This document shows, one piece after another, positions 18,673 to 27,663 of a stretch of DNA of 27,663 nucleotides. Under the pieces are notes generated by a model. It had not been told where the DNA came from. It saw only the letters and a program-made list of their open reading frames with translations, and searched no databases. The position numbers were made by a program, and so were the translations under genes. Source of the DNA: a virus (taxonomy: Duplodnaviria; Caudoviricetes); the IMG/VR virus record IMGVR_UViG_3300044723_003701, positions 1-27,663 of that record; one strand, given 5' to 3'. The first letter of the stretch is position 1; every line of letters starts with the position of its first letter.

Positions 18673-20112
18673 ATGGGATATTTAAAAAAATTCTTTAAGA
18701 AAACATTTAAAGGAATCAAAAAAGCTTTAAAGCCAATAGGAAGAGCTTTGAAAAGAGGACTTGGTGATGTTGGTAAATTTTTTGGTGAGATGGGACCTTT
18801 AGGAACTCTAGCCTTAACACTTATGCTCCCGGGAATAGGAGCTGCGTGGTCGAGCTTCGGAACGTGGGCCGGAGCACAAGGAGGACTTTTAGGAGGAGTT
18901 ATGCAAAGTATAGCTGCTGTTGGTAATACAGCCGGTAAAGTATATTCAAGTGTGACTGGTATGATTAGTGATACAGTCGGTAATATTGCAGCTAATACCA
19001 TAGGTAAAATTCCTGTAGGAGCCAATAAAAATTTAGCTGATGTTTATAATGGTTTTACTCAATATGTTGGTAATAGAATGGATGATATAAGAATGACTCT
19101 AGATTTACCTACACAAAATATTACAGCCGATAGTGTAGTAGCTGATGCAGGAAAGTTAAATGAAAAAGTAGTTGAAAGAGGCTACACAGATTCAGCAAAG
19201 CCAATGGCTAATCTATTAGAACCAGATTTAGCTGGTGTTGAAGTACCAGAGTATGATTTTAAACCATCTATGGAAGCAACAAAAACGTTAGGTAAAGGTT
19301 ATGACGACCCAATATCTCAAAAAATGAGAAGTTTTACTGATGATGATTGGAAAGCTTTAGATATAAATCCATTTAAAGACGATGAATTTACATTCCAAGA
19401 ACTACAAAAAATTGATGGTTATGACAAAGTAGTTGATGTTTCTGTAGGAGATAAAGGTTTTGAGATGGCTTCACCTGAAGAATTTAGAAAAGCTTTAAAA
19501 GATGCAGACGCTTTTGCTCAAGGTGAACAAGTAGATGTTGTTACTGGCTTTAAAAGAAAAGAAAAGTATTTTGGTTTAGACAATGAAAAACTAGAATTTC
19601 TAGAACCAGAATATACTACAGTACCAAAATCTATTTTAAGTGAAGATGAACTTAAGTTAAACACTAGACTACAATCTTTTGCCGATTACAACAACAACAG
19701 AATTGGAAGTTTTGAAAAGTTTGCTGGTGGTGAAGACGCACTCAAAAACTTAAACAATGATGAAATTAGTATGAAATTAAATGCGTTTGATGCTAAAAAG
19801 ACTTATCAAGGAAGTGCAACTGCATGGGCCGGTCAAGAAGCTTTAGATTATGTATTTAATCCAGAAGAGCAAACAGGTGTAGGAGGTGGAGTTTATATTC
19901 AACCTATCCAGACTGATGCTTCAACCTTTAATGATTACACCAAAAATTATGGTACTCAATACAGAGCACAAGGTTTTAGTGGAAATTCAAACAACCTAAG
20001 TAGTTTGTACCAAGCTGGTTTTTATGGTAATGACCCTTTTACTCTAATGCAGTTTTATGGTGGCAACAATCAGTCTTATGGTCGAATCCCACAGCCAACA
20101 ATTAACATATAG
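18673..20112 (+). CDS. Putative ejection/pilot protein with cationic amphipathic N-terminus and Gly/Ala-rich hydrophobic segment
   Basis: 479 aa. MGYLKKFFKKTFKGIKKALKPIGRALKRGL is followed by GPLGTLALTLMLPGIGAAW...GGLLGGV. SD AAGGAG upstream. Confidence 0.7.
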   Translation: MGYLKKFFKKTFKGIKKALKPIGRALKRGLGDVGKFFGEMGPLGTLALTLMLPGIGAAWSSFGTWAGAQGGLLGGVMQSIAAVGNTAGKVYSSVTGMISDTVGNIAANTIGKIPVGANKNLADVYNGFTQYVGNRMDDIRMTLDLPTQNITADSVVADAGKLNEKVVERGYTDSAKPMANLLEPDLAGVEVPEYDFKPSMEATKTLGKGYDDPISQKMRSFTDDDWKALDINPFKDDEFTFQELQKIDGYDKVVDVSVGDKGFEMASPEEFRKALKDADAFAQGEQVDVVTGFKRKEKYFGLDNEKLEFLEPEYTTVPKSILSEDELKLNTRLQSFADYNNNRIGSFEKFAGGEDALKNLNNDEISMKLNAFDAKKTYQGSATAWAGQEALDYVFNPEEQTGVGGGVYIQPIQTDASTFNDYTKNYGTQYRAQGFSGNSNNLSSLYQAGFYGNDPFTLMQFYGGNNQSYGRIPQPTINI

Positions 20113-20120
20113 GAGGATAA

Positions 20121-20687
20121 ATGGCAGGAATAACACAACCAGAAAATATTAGTAAAATGATGAACTATGCTGGAGCTATACCCGGCCAGTCATTGACTAA
20201 TAGTCCAGACAATAAGTATGCATGGGAAAACCCACCACAAATGGTTAATAGACGTGAAGCTGAATTATATATACTTGAAGAGCTTACAGATAAAGACACG
20301 TTTAATGCTTTGATGGATATGTTACTAGATGGTCTACCTATCGAAACCATTGCAAGAACTTATTTAATGTCAGGTTACTCTAGAGGTCTTTGGAATGTTG
20401 ATTTGATGTTATTGTTAGCCGAATCTGTTGGTTTTATTATTATGGCTCTTGCTGAAAAAGCAGGTGTAGAGTATGAACTTTATCAAGGTGAAAAAGATGA
20501 AGAGAGACAAGAACCAGAAGACCAAGTAAAAAGTTTAGAGACAGTGTTTGATACTGTAAAACAAGGAATTAGCAAAGCTAAACCTTCCAAGCCATTAAGC
20601 AGAGAACTGTCAAGTAAAGTTGAAGAAATTAATGTCGAGAGTTTATTATCTCCAGACATGCAGGAGGAGGAAGAAATAAATGAGTAA
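20121..20687 (+). CDS. Acidic hypothetical virion-associated protein (IPGQSLT..P....WENPP)
   Basis: 188 aa with a strong SD AGGAGGA at 20111-20117. Overlaps the next gene by 8 nt. Confidence 0.7.
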   Translation: MAGITQPENISKMMNYAGAIPGQSLTNSPDNKYAWENPPQMVNRREAELYILEELTDKDTFNALMDMLLDGLPIETIARTYLMSGYSRGLWNVDLMLLLAESVGFIIMALAEKAGVEYELYQGEKDEERQEPEDQVKSLETVFDTVKQGISKAKPSKPLSRELSSKVEEINVESLLSPDMQEEEEINE

Positions 20688-22863
20688 ATATGCAAAAAGT
20701 GTTTTAAATAGTGCAGCCTATAAACAATACTCAGGACAAAATAAAAATAATTTTCAAAAGTTTTTAGATGTTGCTGAAATAGCTGTAGCTGGAAATAAAT
20801 TAATTAATAATAATATTAGTCAAAATATTAAAGATTTAGAAGAATCAAAAGAGTTTGATAAAGTTGAACTTAAAAAGAATATTAAGTTTATTGACCAATT
20901 TGCAAAATACGATGAAGAAATTCAAAATATTTATAATGGCGATGTTAATGCATGGAGCAGAGCTTTTGCAAGAGATAAATTTAAACAAGATGTTTTATCA
21001 AAATCAAATTTAACTGAAAGCCAAAAAGAACAGGCTATTTCTTTTCCAAATAAATCTTATGATGCTGACTTAGATGCGTATGCTACCAAGGTAGCTGATA
21101 ATTGGAGAAGTATCCAAAATGAACTAGATACTATCGGTCTTCCAACAACTAGCTTAGATGATGCTGAAGAATATATCGATGAATCTTATGCAGATTTTAT
21201 TCGTGACTTAAGTAAAAGTAGTAGAGTAAATTTATTAAAAGAAGGTTTTAATTTCTTAACAGGTAAAGGAATAAATATAAATAATTATGAAGATTTAGAA
21301 GCAAAGTTTAACGACAATGCTTTGGCCGGAAAGTTTAATCAATTAGAAAGTATTGACAAAAAATTTAAATCTTTGTTTTTAATTAGTCCAGAAATATCAG
21401 CTGCTTATGAAGATGCTGTATCAAAAGCTGATTTTAGAGCAGATGTTTCACAAAGCTACAGTGAGCTATATGAAAAAGAATATGCACCAGATGCTGATGG
21501 TAACATATTTAAACAAAGAGGTAGAGATTTTGTTGTGACATACACAGATGCACGAACAGGTGAGCTTAAACAAGAAATTAAATTTATACCTGAAGATAGC
21601 AATGCTGAAAAAAGAATTAAAGAAATTTCAGTAACAAACGAACAGGCCCAAGTTTTACTAAACGAAGAAGGTTTTGAGCAATATATAAATTTAAGTCTTA
21701 CCTCCGGTAATCCTGACAAAGCATTTACAACTGTGTTCGGTCAAGATAAATACAGAGAAAATGTTACTCAAAATGAAAAAAGAGATTTTATCGAAAAGAA
21801 TTATGCAGTGTTAGAACAAGGCTGGATGAATGCTCAAAGTAATTATAAAGACTTAACAGGTGGTTTTAGGCCAGACATTAGAAAATATTTAGAAGACCCT
21901 GTAAATAACCCTAAACCCGGTGATTTCTTTGAATCTTATGAAGAGTTTGTAAATGACAGATTTAGTCTTTTAGACTCTAAAGTTAATACATCTAGTGTCA
22001 GTTACAACGAAAACTATATGACTATTGATAGTACATCTTTTAATAGTGAACCTTGGCAAGAATTTATGATGAGCAACCAAGGCAATAATTTTATACAAGA
22101 TTTAAAAGATTCTGTTGGGTCTGAAAGTGAACTACAAAGAGCTGAAGAATTATTTGTTGAAGGAAGCGGTTCTAAAATAATTTATGGTAACAGTACTGTT
22201 ACTTCAAATCAAATTAAACAGATTTCTGGTAGTTCTGTTCCAGCAGGTAATTATAGAGTTGGTTTTAATTTAGAAGAATCTAAACCAGTATTTAGTCCAA
22301 TAGATGCTGACTTCAATGATTTTAAAGAAGCTGCAGCGACACCAGTCACAAATTTTGGTGATGTTAAATTAAACGAAAATGAAGTCCAAAGTATTTTTGA
22401 TGCACCTTTTCAAGCAGTTGAAGAATTTATAATTGGTGATGAGTACGACTTAACTGATTTATTATGGATAGTCCCTATTGGAGGCGGTGTCTATGGTGCA
22501 ACTAAACTTGCATGGAAGTTAGGTAAAAAAGGTTTTCAACTCGGTAAAAAAGGTGTTAACCAAGTCTTGAATTCAATATCATCAGCTGTTAAAAAAGCGG
22601 ATAAAAAGTTAGGAAAACTTTATAGAACCAGTACTAAAAAAGGAAAAGTCATGAGAGATGAAAAAGGTCGTGTCCTTTCTTATGAAGAAACAGGAAAAAT
22701 TTTAAGAGACCCAGCCACAAAAATATTAGTTGGAAAAACTAAAACCGGTAAATTTGTCCGTTTAACAGGTGCTGCAGCTATTGGTAAATCAGTTTCAGAA
22801 CAAGGAAATAATAATGAAAATGAATCTTTGTTGGCTCCTGAAGAGGACGAAAAAAAAAACTAA
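20680..22863 (+). CDS. Putative internal virion protein
   Basis: 727 aa with SD GGAGGAGG upstream. Helical N-terminal half, hydrophobic LLWIVPIGGGVYGA segment, then a basic C-terminal region. Function inferred from position only. Confidence 0.65.
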   Translation: MSKYAKSVLNSAAYKQYSGQNKNNFQKFLDVAEIAVAGNKLINNNISQNIKDLEESKEFDKVELKKNIKFIDQFAKYDEEIQNIYNGDVNAWSRAFARDKFKQDVLSKSNLTESQKEQAISFPNKSYDADLDAYATKVADNWRSIQNELDTIGLPTTSLDDAEEYIDESYADFIRDLSKSSRVNLLKEGFNFLTGKGININNYEDLEAKFNDNALAGKFNQLESIDKKFKSLFLISPEISAAYEDAVSKADFRADVSQSYSELYEKEYAPDADGNIFKQRGRDFVVTYTDARTGELKQEIKFIPEDSNAEKRIKEISVTNEQAQVLLNEEGFEQYINLSLTSGNPDKAFTTVFGQDKYRENVTQNEKRDFIEKNYAVLEQGWMNAQSNYKDLTGGFRPDIRKYLEDPVNNPKPGDFFESYEEFVNDRFSLLDSKVNTSSVSYNENYMTIDSTSFNSEPWQEFMMSNQGNNFIQDLKDSVGSESELQRAEELFVEGSGSKIIYGNSTVTSNQIKQISGSSVPAGNYRVGFNLEESKPVFSPIDADFNDFKEAAATPVTNFGDVKLNENEVQSIFDAPFQAVEEFIIGDEYDLTDLLWIVPIGGGVYGATKLAWKLGKKGFQLGKKGVNQVLNSISSAVKKADKKLGKLYRTSTKKGKVMRDEKGRVLSYEETGKILRDPATKILVGKTKTGKFVRLTGAAAIGKSVSEQGNNNENESLLAPEEDEKKN

Positions 22864-22868
22864 TTAAT

Positions 22869-23348
22869 ATGTCTAATGATGTATTTGAACCTAGAAAGGT
22901 AGGTAAAGATATTACTTTTGAAGCTATCGATTTAGTTGCTGATAGCCCAGAAGCTGCTCAGTTTTTAAGAGAGATAGCTAACGTTGAATCAAAGTTTGGT
23001 AATGATAGTAATACCTTTAAAAGGAAAGACTCGTCCGGGATTTTTCAAGTAGAAAGAATAGCCTTTGATGAAGTCCAACGTAGACTAGACCTAGATGCAA
23101 ATGTGGGAGCTAGTATCCGAGCATATAATGAATACCTAAAAGAAAACGCAGGTATTGATTTAACACAAGCAAACTATGAGGACCTTGACAGTCCTATCTA
23201 TTCGGCAGCTTTTGCCCGAGCTTATTTAAAAATATTTCCAGAAGCAATACCTTCAGATGTAGAGGGGAGAGGTGTTTATTGGAAAAAATATTATAATACA
23301 GACGAAGGTAAAGGAAAAGTTGACCGTTACGTAAGTGAGAATTTATAA
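22869..23348 (+). CDS. Lysozyme-fold / lytic-transglycosylase-like protein (putative virion peptidoglycan hydrolase)
   Basis: 159 aa. IANVES (putative catalytic Glu), GIFQV (GxxQ motif), ARAYL and YWKKYYNT..GKG appear in the SLT-like order. Confidence 0.7.
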   Translation: MSNDVFEPRKVGKDITFEAIDLVADSPEAAQFLREIANVESKFGNDSNTFKRKDSSGIFQVERIAFDEVQRRLDLDANVGASIRAYNEYLKENAGIDLTQANYEDLDSPIYSAAFARAYLKIFPEAIPSDVEGRGVYWKKYYNTDEGKGKVDRYVSENL

Positions 23349-26300
23349 ATGAAACCTTTAGACCTAAGTAAATACTATACACAAGATACAAAAGAAATCC
23401 GTAGAAATAACGAACAAGCTTATAAAGAAGCTATGGGTTATGCTATTAAACAAGGAGCTTTTGATTCTATTAATGGTATTCAACAGATTTATGGTCAACT
23501 AACAGGTAAAGGTAGTTTGTTAGATAAATTAAAAGAAGACAACAAAAAATTAAAAGAAATCTTTGAAAACAAAGAATATGGTGATGATGCCTACAAAGCT
23601 TATTTAGCTTCAGCTATGGTTTTAGACCCTGTCGGCTGGATTCCTTTAGCTGGATGGGCTACAAAATCTAAGAGGCTCGGTGATGCTGCTGTATATGGTG
23701 CAGGTCTTGGAGGAGCTTATAGTGCTTTAGGATACGTAGGTGAAGGCGAATCTAGAGCTTTAAATACTGTAGCAGGAGCTGGAGCTGGTGGAGTGTTAGG
23801 TACCGGAGGAGCTTTAATAGCTCGAAATGTTGCCAAAGCTTTTGGTAAAGATGTACCTAAACTAGGACGTACCACAGAAGAAGTAGAACTAGACAATTTA
23901 AAAGCTGACTTTGCTTTATCTAAAGAAGGTAAAACGCCTACCATAGATGAAATAGAACAAAATGCTCAAAAAGCTGTAGATAATCTTGTCTCTGAAAGAG
24001 GCAAAAAAGAAATGTCTTCAGGTATAGAAAAATTTTACCGAGCAAATGGCGGTGATTGGTTATGGGACCAAGCTGTTAAAAATTGGGGTTCTGGTTTAGT
24101 TGGGTCTTTTGGAGCCGTTGGAGGTTACAACGCATTTGACGACCCCGAAGCTACGGAACTACAGAAAATGATGGCAGCTACACTAATGGCTTTAGGTGGT
24201 GTAGGTATTACAAAAGGTCTAGGTAAAGTACCAGTTGGGAAAGAAGGTGAAGAATTAAAAGAACTTTTAGGTAGAGGTTTAGTTGATAATTATGCTTTAC
24301 CATCAAAATATATTGACTACAAAAAAGAAGCCCAATCAGAAGTAAATTCTTTTAGAGATTTGTTTTCTAGTTTAAGTAAAAGAGTAAGAGCTAATTTAAA
24401 TGAAGATGAAAGAAAAGTTTTTAACTCTATGATAACTGGTGAAATAGACACAACCCCAGATTTAAAAAATATAAGAGCTGAAACAAGAGATGCTATTAAA
24501 AGCCTAGGTCAAGAATTAGTTGATGCTGGTTTATTAGATGAACGTGTATTTCTTAAAAATGCTGATACATATCTAAAAAGGTCTTATGAAAAATATCTTG
24601 GTGGAAAGGCAAATAAAGAAGCTTATTTAGCAGCCCGACAATTTAAATTAATTGGTGATGAATTAAAAGGTCGAGGTAGAAGAGAAATCAAATCTAAATT
24701 TGCTATTGAAAAGTTTCCTGAAAAATATAAAGATGTTGAAGTAGAAGATTACGTAGTTGCTGTTTCAAGAAAACAATATGAAAAATTAGTCGATGCTTTA
24801 CCAAAAAGAAGAAAAGAAAGAATAGAAAACTATAAGTTAAATCAAACAGTATCTGACATTAGAAATTGGGAAAAGATAGAAGGTGGAGATACCAATGTTG
24901 TTTTGCTTAGAAGTAAAGATAAAGTTATTACAACAAGACAATTAACAAAACAAGAAAGACAAGACCTAGGTGAAATAGAAGACGCAGCCTTTAATATTGC
25001 AGAGACTGGCCGTTTGATGACAAATGACTTAGCTACTTTTAAGTTATTTTCTAAAATATCCCAAGATGCTGACCTTTCTATGAAGGCTGATGTTTATAAA
25101 GCAAAAGTCGATAGTGGTGAGATTAGAGCCGATGATTGGGAGTTAGTTCCAGATACCCCTTTTGGAGGAGCTTTAAAAGTTGAAGGACAAAAAATAAAAT
25201 CTTTTGGTAATCTCGCAGGACAATATGTACCTAAAGACGTTTATAGAGATTTAAAAGGTTTAGAAAATCTAAGAGGTACAGGTAAAGAAACCTTTGAACT
25301 TTACCAGCCTTTAAATAGACTTTGGAAAAAAACTAAGACTGCATGGAATCCTGTCGTTCACGTCAACAACACTGTGTCTAACTTACTCTTAATGAACGCT
25401 GCCGATGGAAGCTATAAGTATTTACCAAGAGCTTTAAAAGAACTACAAAGAGGTAAAGAAGGTGGTAAAAATATTGAGATATATAATCTAGCAAAACAAA
25501 ACGGAGTGTTTGATTCCGATATAGTTTCAAGAGAATTAAACAAAGAAGTTGTTGATAGTTTAGATGACACCTTAAAATTACTATCCAGAGAAAATAAACC
25601 AGAAACCAATAATGCTATTGAGTATGCTACACAAACTTTTAAAAGTTTAGCAAAAAAAGGTTACGACATGACAGCCGGTAAGCTAGAAAAGCTTTACCAA
25701 TCAGAAGACCAAGTATTTCGTTTAGCTCTATTTATGGATAGATTATCTAAAGGTATGAGTCCAGCCGAAGCCGGAGCCGATGCTAAAAAATGGTTTATTG
25801 ATTATGATATCAATGCTCCAATTATTAATTTCATGCGTAAATACCCTACTCCCTTCTTAGCCTATACATACCGAATCGTACCTTTACTAGCAGAAACAGC
25901 TATTAGAAGACCTTGGAAGTTTGCTAAGTGGGCTGTTATAGGTCATTCTTTAAACGAATTAGGTCAAGGTAAAATACCTTTTGGAGAATTAGTTGTTGAC
26001 CCAGAGTCAGCTAAGTTCAAAGAAGAAGTAGGTAACGAAGAAGCTGAAAGGGCTGTGATGCGAGACTACTTAAGCGACAATATGTTTGGTCTACCTTTCA
26101 TGCCTAAAACACTTGTTAAAACTCCATTTACTTCAGGTATCTCAGAAAGAAAAGGTGAAGAAGTTCCACTGTACATTGACTTTAAACGATTCATCCCGGG
26201 AGGCGATGTTTTAACTATTAGTGATAAAGGCTTTGGTATTCCTATTCCATTTACAGATAAAGGTATGAAATTACCAGCACCTTTAGCTCCTAACTTTGGT

Positions 26301-27663
26301 GTATTAGGTGAAACAATGATTCCAATGTTTTATGGAGTAGACCCTTTTACGTTAGAAAAACTATCAGGTGAAGGTTTAGAAGATGAAGAGATATCTAAAT
26401 GGCAGCATATTTTGAGCCGACTTATACCAAATATCCCTTCGTCTGCTTTAACTGTCCCATATTTTGGACCAGATAATATCATCGATAAATACAATCCATT
26501 GTCTAAATCTTACAGTTCACAAAAGATTGTTCAGGCTTTTAGACAAAACAGGGATAATTTATCTAAGCAATATGGTACTGAATTTTCACCACTTGAAGCC
26601 ATACTAAGTGCTTATGGTTTTAAACTTACTCCGATTGAATTTAACAAACTTTACGGAAGTAAATCAAAAGAACTAGAAAGAGTCTATAACAATACTAGAA
26701 GAAGATTTTATGAGTTAGCTAAAGAATACAGAGAAGGTAACATATCTTTAGAACAATACGAACAAGAAGTTGATAAAGTTTATAAAGATTTAGAAAAAGT
26801 AGCAAATCGTCAAGCTGCGATTAATCAAAAAATATCAGAAGCTAGAATGAAAAAAGCTGAAGGTGATATTGTTGAAACCCCAGAACAAGAACCAGTCTTA
26901 GATAAATTTAGTCAGATTGAACAAAACCTAAAAGATATGGTGGAGCAAGGAGCTAATTTTGCTGGAAACGCTTTAGATTTTTTAGGAGAGTTTAGAACAG
27001 GACCACAAGATATTATTGAAGGTGGTATTCAAATTTCAAAAGCTAAAAAAGCTTTAGATGAAGGTAAGCCTCGAGAAGCCTTTGCAGAGTGGGAAAAAGC
27101 TCCAATAGGTACACAGTTAGGAGCTTATTCACTTCCGGGCATAGGAGAGGCTCTATCAGGTGCTGGTGCTGTTGAATATGGTATCAGAGCGTCAGAAACA
27201 GAAGGGCTAGAAAAAGCTGGTAATGTTGCGATGTCTGCTCTTGAAGCTACAGGAACTATCCCAGTTGTTGGTGCTGCAGGAAAGGTAGCTTCTAGTGTTG
27301 GAAAAAAAGTAGTTCAAAGATTTGGTAAGACTCAAAGAGCCGATTTAGATAAACAAATGGCAGAGTTAGCTACAGACGTAGACAACGATGTTAAATTTAT
27401 TTCTCCGACACTAAAAGTTATGCTTGAAAGAGGACCACAAAAAATTAAAGGTGACGCTATTTTAGATTGGGTAAGAGCAAGTCGTAACAAAGGTGTGAAG
27501 CCTAAAGAAGTTGAATATTTAAAGATTGAAGACTACGTTAAGGCCAATCCTGAAGCAACTTTTGATGAGGTTATAAAAGCTGTTTCACCTAATAGAGTTA
27601 AAATAGACAAAAGTGTTTATCAAGGAGGCGGTGATAGCATTGCTATAAGAAATGAAGAAATTG
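23349..27663 (+). CDS. Very large internal virion/DNA-injection protein (polyvalent-protein-like), truncated by the window end
   Basis: Starts MKPLDLSKYYTQD at ATG 23349. The segments I translated (start, middle, end) are open in the same frame to the edge (>1438 aa), which explains its absence from the stop-requiring track. Gly/Ala-rich hydrophobic segments near the N-terminus, plus WKKTKTAWNPVVHVNN, EDQVFRLALF and FIDYD..PFLAY segments resembling large podovirus ejection proteins. Confidence 0.82.
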   Translation, partial: MKPLDLSKYYTQDTKEIRRNNEQAYKEAMGYAIKQGAFDSINGIQQIYGQLTGKGSLLDKLKEDNKKLKEIFENKEYGDDAYKAYLASAMVLDPVGWIPLAGWATKSKRLGDAAVYGAGLGGAYSALGYVGEGESRALNTVAGAGAGGVLGTGGALIARNVAKAFGKDVPKLGRTTEEVELDNLKADFALSKEGKTPTIDEIEQNAQKAVDNLVSERGKKEMSSGIEKFYRANGGDWLWDQAVKNWGSGLVGSFGAVGGYNAFDDPEATELQKMMAATLMALGGVGITKGLGKVPVGKEGEELKELLGRGLVDNYALPSKYIDYKKEAQSEVNSFRDLFSSLSKRVRANLNEDERKVFNSMITGEIDTTPDLKNIRAETRDAIKSLGQELVDAGLLDERVFLKNADTYLKRSYEKYLGGKANKEAYLAARQFKLIGDELKGRGRREIKSKFAIEKFPEKYKDVEVEDYVVAVSRKQYEKLVDALPKRRKERIENYKLNQTVSDIRNWEKIEGGDTNVVLLRSKDKVITTRQLTKQERQDLGEIEDAAFNIAETGRLMTNDLATFKLFSKISQDADLSMKADVYKAKVDSGEIRADDWELVPDTPFGGALKVEGQKIKSFGNLAGQYVPKDVYRDLKGLENLRGTGKETFELYQPLNRLWKKTKTAWNPVVHVNNTVSNLLLMNAADGSYKYLPRALKELQRGKEGGKNIEIYNLAKQNGVFDSDIVSRELNKEVVDSLDDTLKLLSRENKPETNNAIEYATQTFKSLAKKGYDMTAGKLEKLYQSEDQVFRLALFMDRLSKGMSPAEAGADAKKWFIDYDINAPIINFMRKYPTPFLAYTYRIVPLLAETAIRRPWKFAKWAVIGHSLNELGQGKIPFGELVVDPESAKFKEEVGNEEAERAVMRDYLSDNMFGLPFMPKTLVKTPFTSGISERKGEEVPLYIDFKRFIPGGDVLTISDKGFGIPIPFTDKGMKLPAPLAPNFGVLGETMIPMFYGVDPFTLEKLSGEGLEDEEISKWQHILSRLIPNIPSSALTVPYFGPDNIIDKYNPLSKSYSSQKIVQAFRQNRDNLSKQYGTEFSPLEAILSAYGFKLTPIEFNKLYGSKSKELERVYNNTRRRFYELAKEYREGNISLEQYEQEVDKVYKDLEKVANRQAAINQKISEARMKKAEGDIVETPEQEPVLDKFSQIEQNLKDMVEQGANFAGNALDFLGEFRTGPQDIIEGGIQISKAKKALDEGKPREAFAEWEKAPIGTQLGAYSLPGIGEALSGAGAVEYGIRASETEGLEKAGNVAMSALEATGTIPVVGAAGKVASSVGKKVVQRFGKTQRADLDKQMAELATDVDNDVKFISPTLKVMLERGPQKIKGDAILDWVRASRNKGVKPKEVEYLKIEDYVKANPEATFDEVIKAVSPNRVKIDKSVYQGGGDSIAIRNEEI

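Noticed and set aside
1675-25609. Other short minus-strand ORFs opposite terL, portal, capsid and ejection genes
   Set aside because: They lie wholly or mostly inside well-supported + strand genes, have no recognisable motifs, and run against a uniformly + strand operon.

Overview
AT-rich fragment of a tailed dsDNA phage genome containing the packaging and morphogenesis module. All credible genes lie on the + strand, tightly packed and often coupled by ATGA/TAATG overlaps. Order: small basic protein, terminase large subunit with a ~190-aa N-terminal extension, portal (with a second gene nested in its 3' end), acidic protein, scaffold, major capsid protein, intrinsic terminator, two small basic proteins (one missing from the ORF track), head-tail adaptor, nozzle, 1631-aa repeat-rich tail fibre, small membrane protein, several internal virion/ejection proteins, a lysozyme-fold protein, and a >1438-aa protein that runs off the right edge (also missing from the track). 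No sheath, tail tube or tape-measure gene is recognisable, so the layout is podovirus-like. It resembles marine HMO-2011-type/Cobavirus-like phages, but that is recognition from memory, not a search result. Top leads: (1) an unbroken run of 41 eleven-residue Asn/Gln repeats, a candidate very long phiX174-H-like DNA conduit; (2) a short [RK]xx[YMLK]xxG[GDS] motif seen 9 times in 4 unrelated putative virion proteins; (3) an A10 slippery site that would fuse an ejection protein to the lysozyme by -1 shift; (4) a 40-nt-period bipartite repeat with alternative pairings just before the scaffold RBS; (5) a dual-coded portal 3' end.
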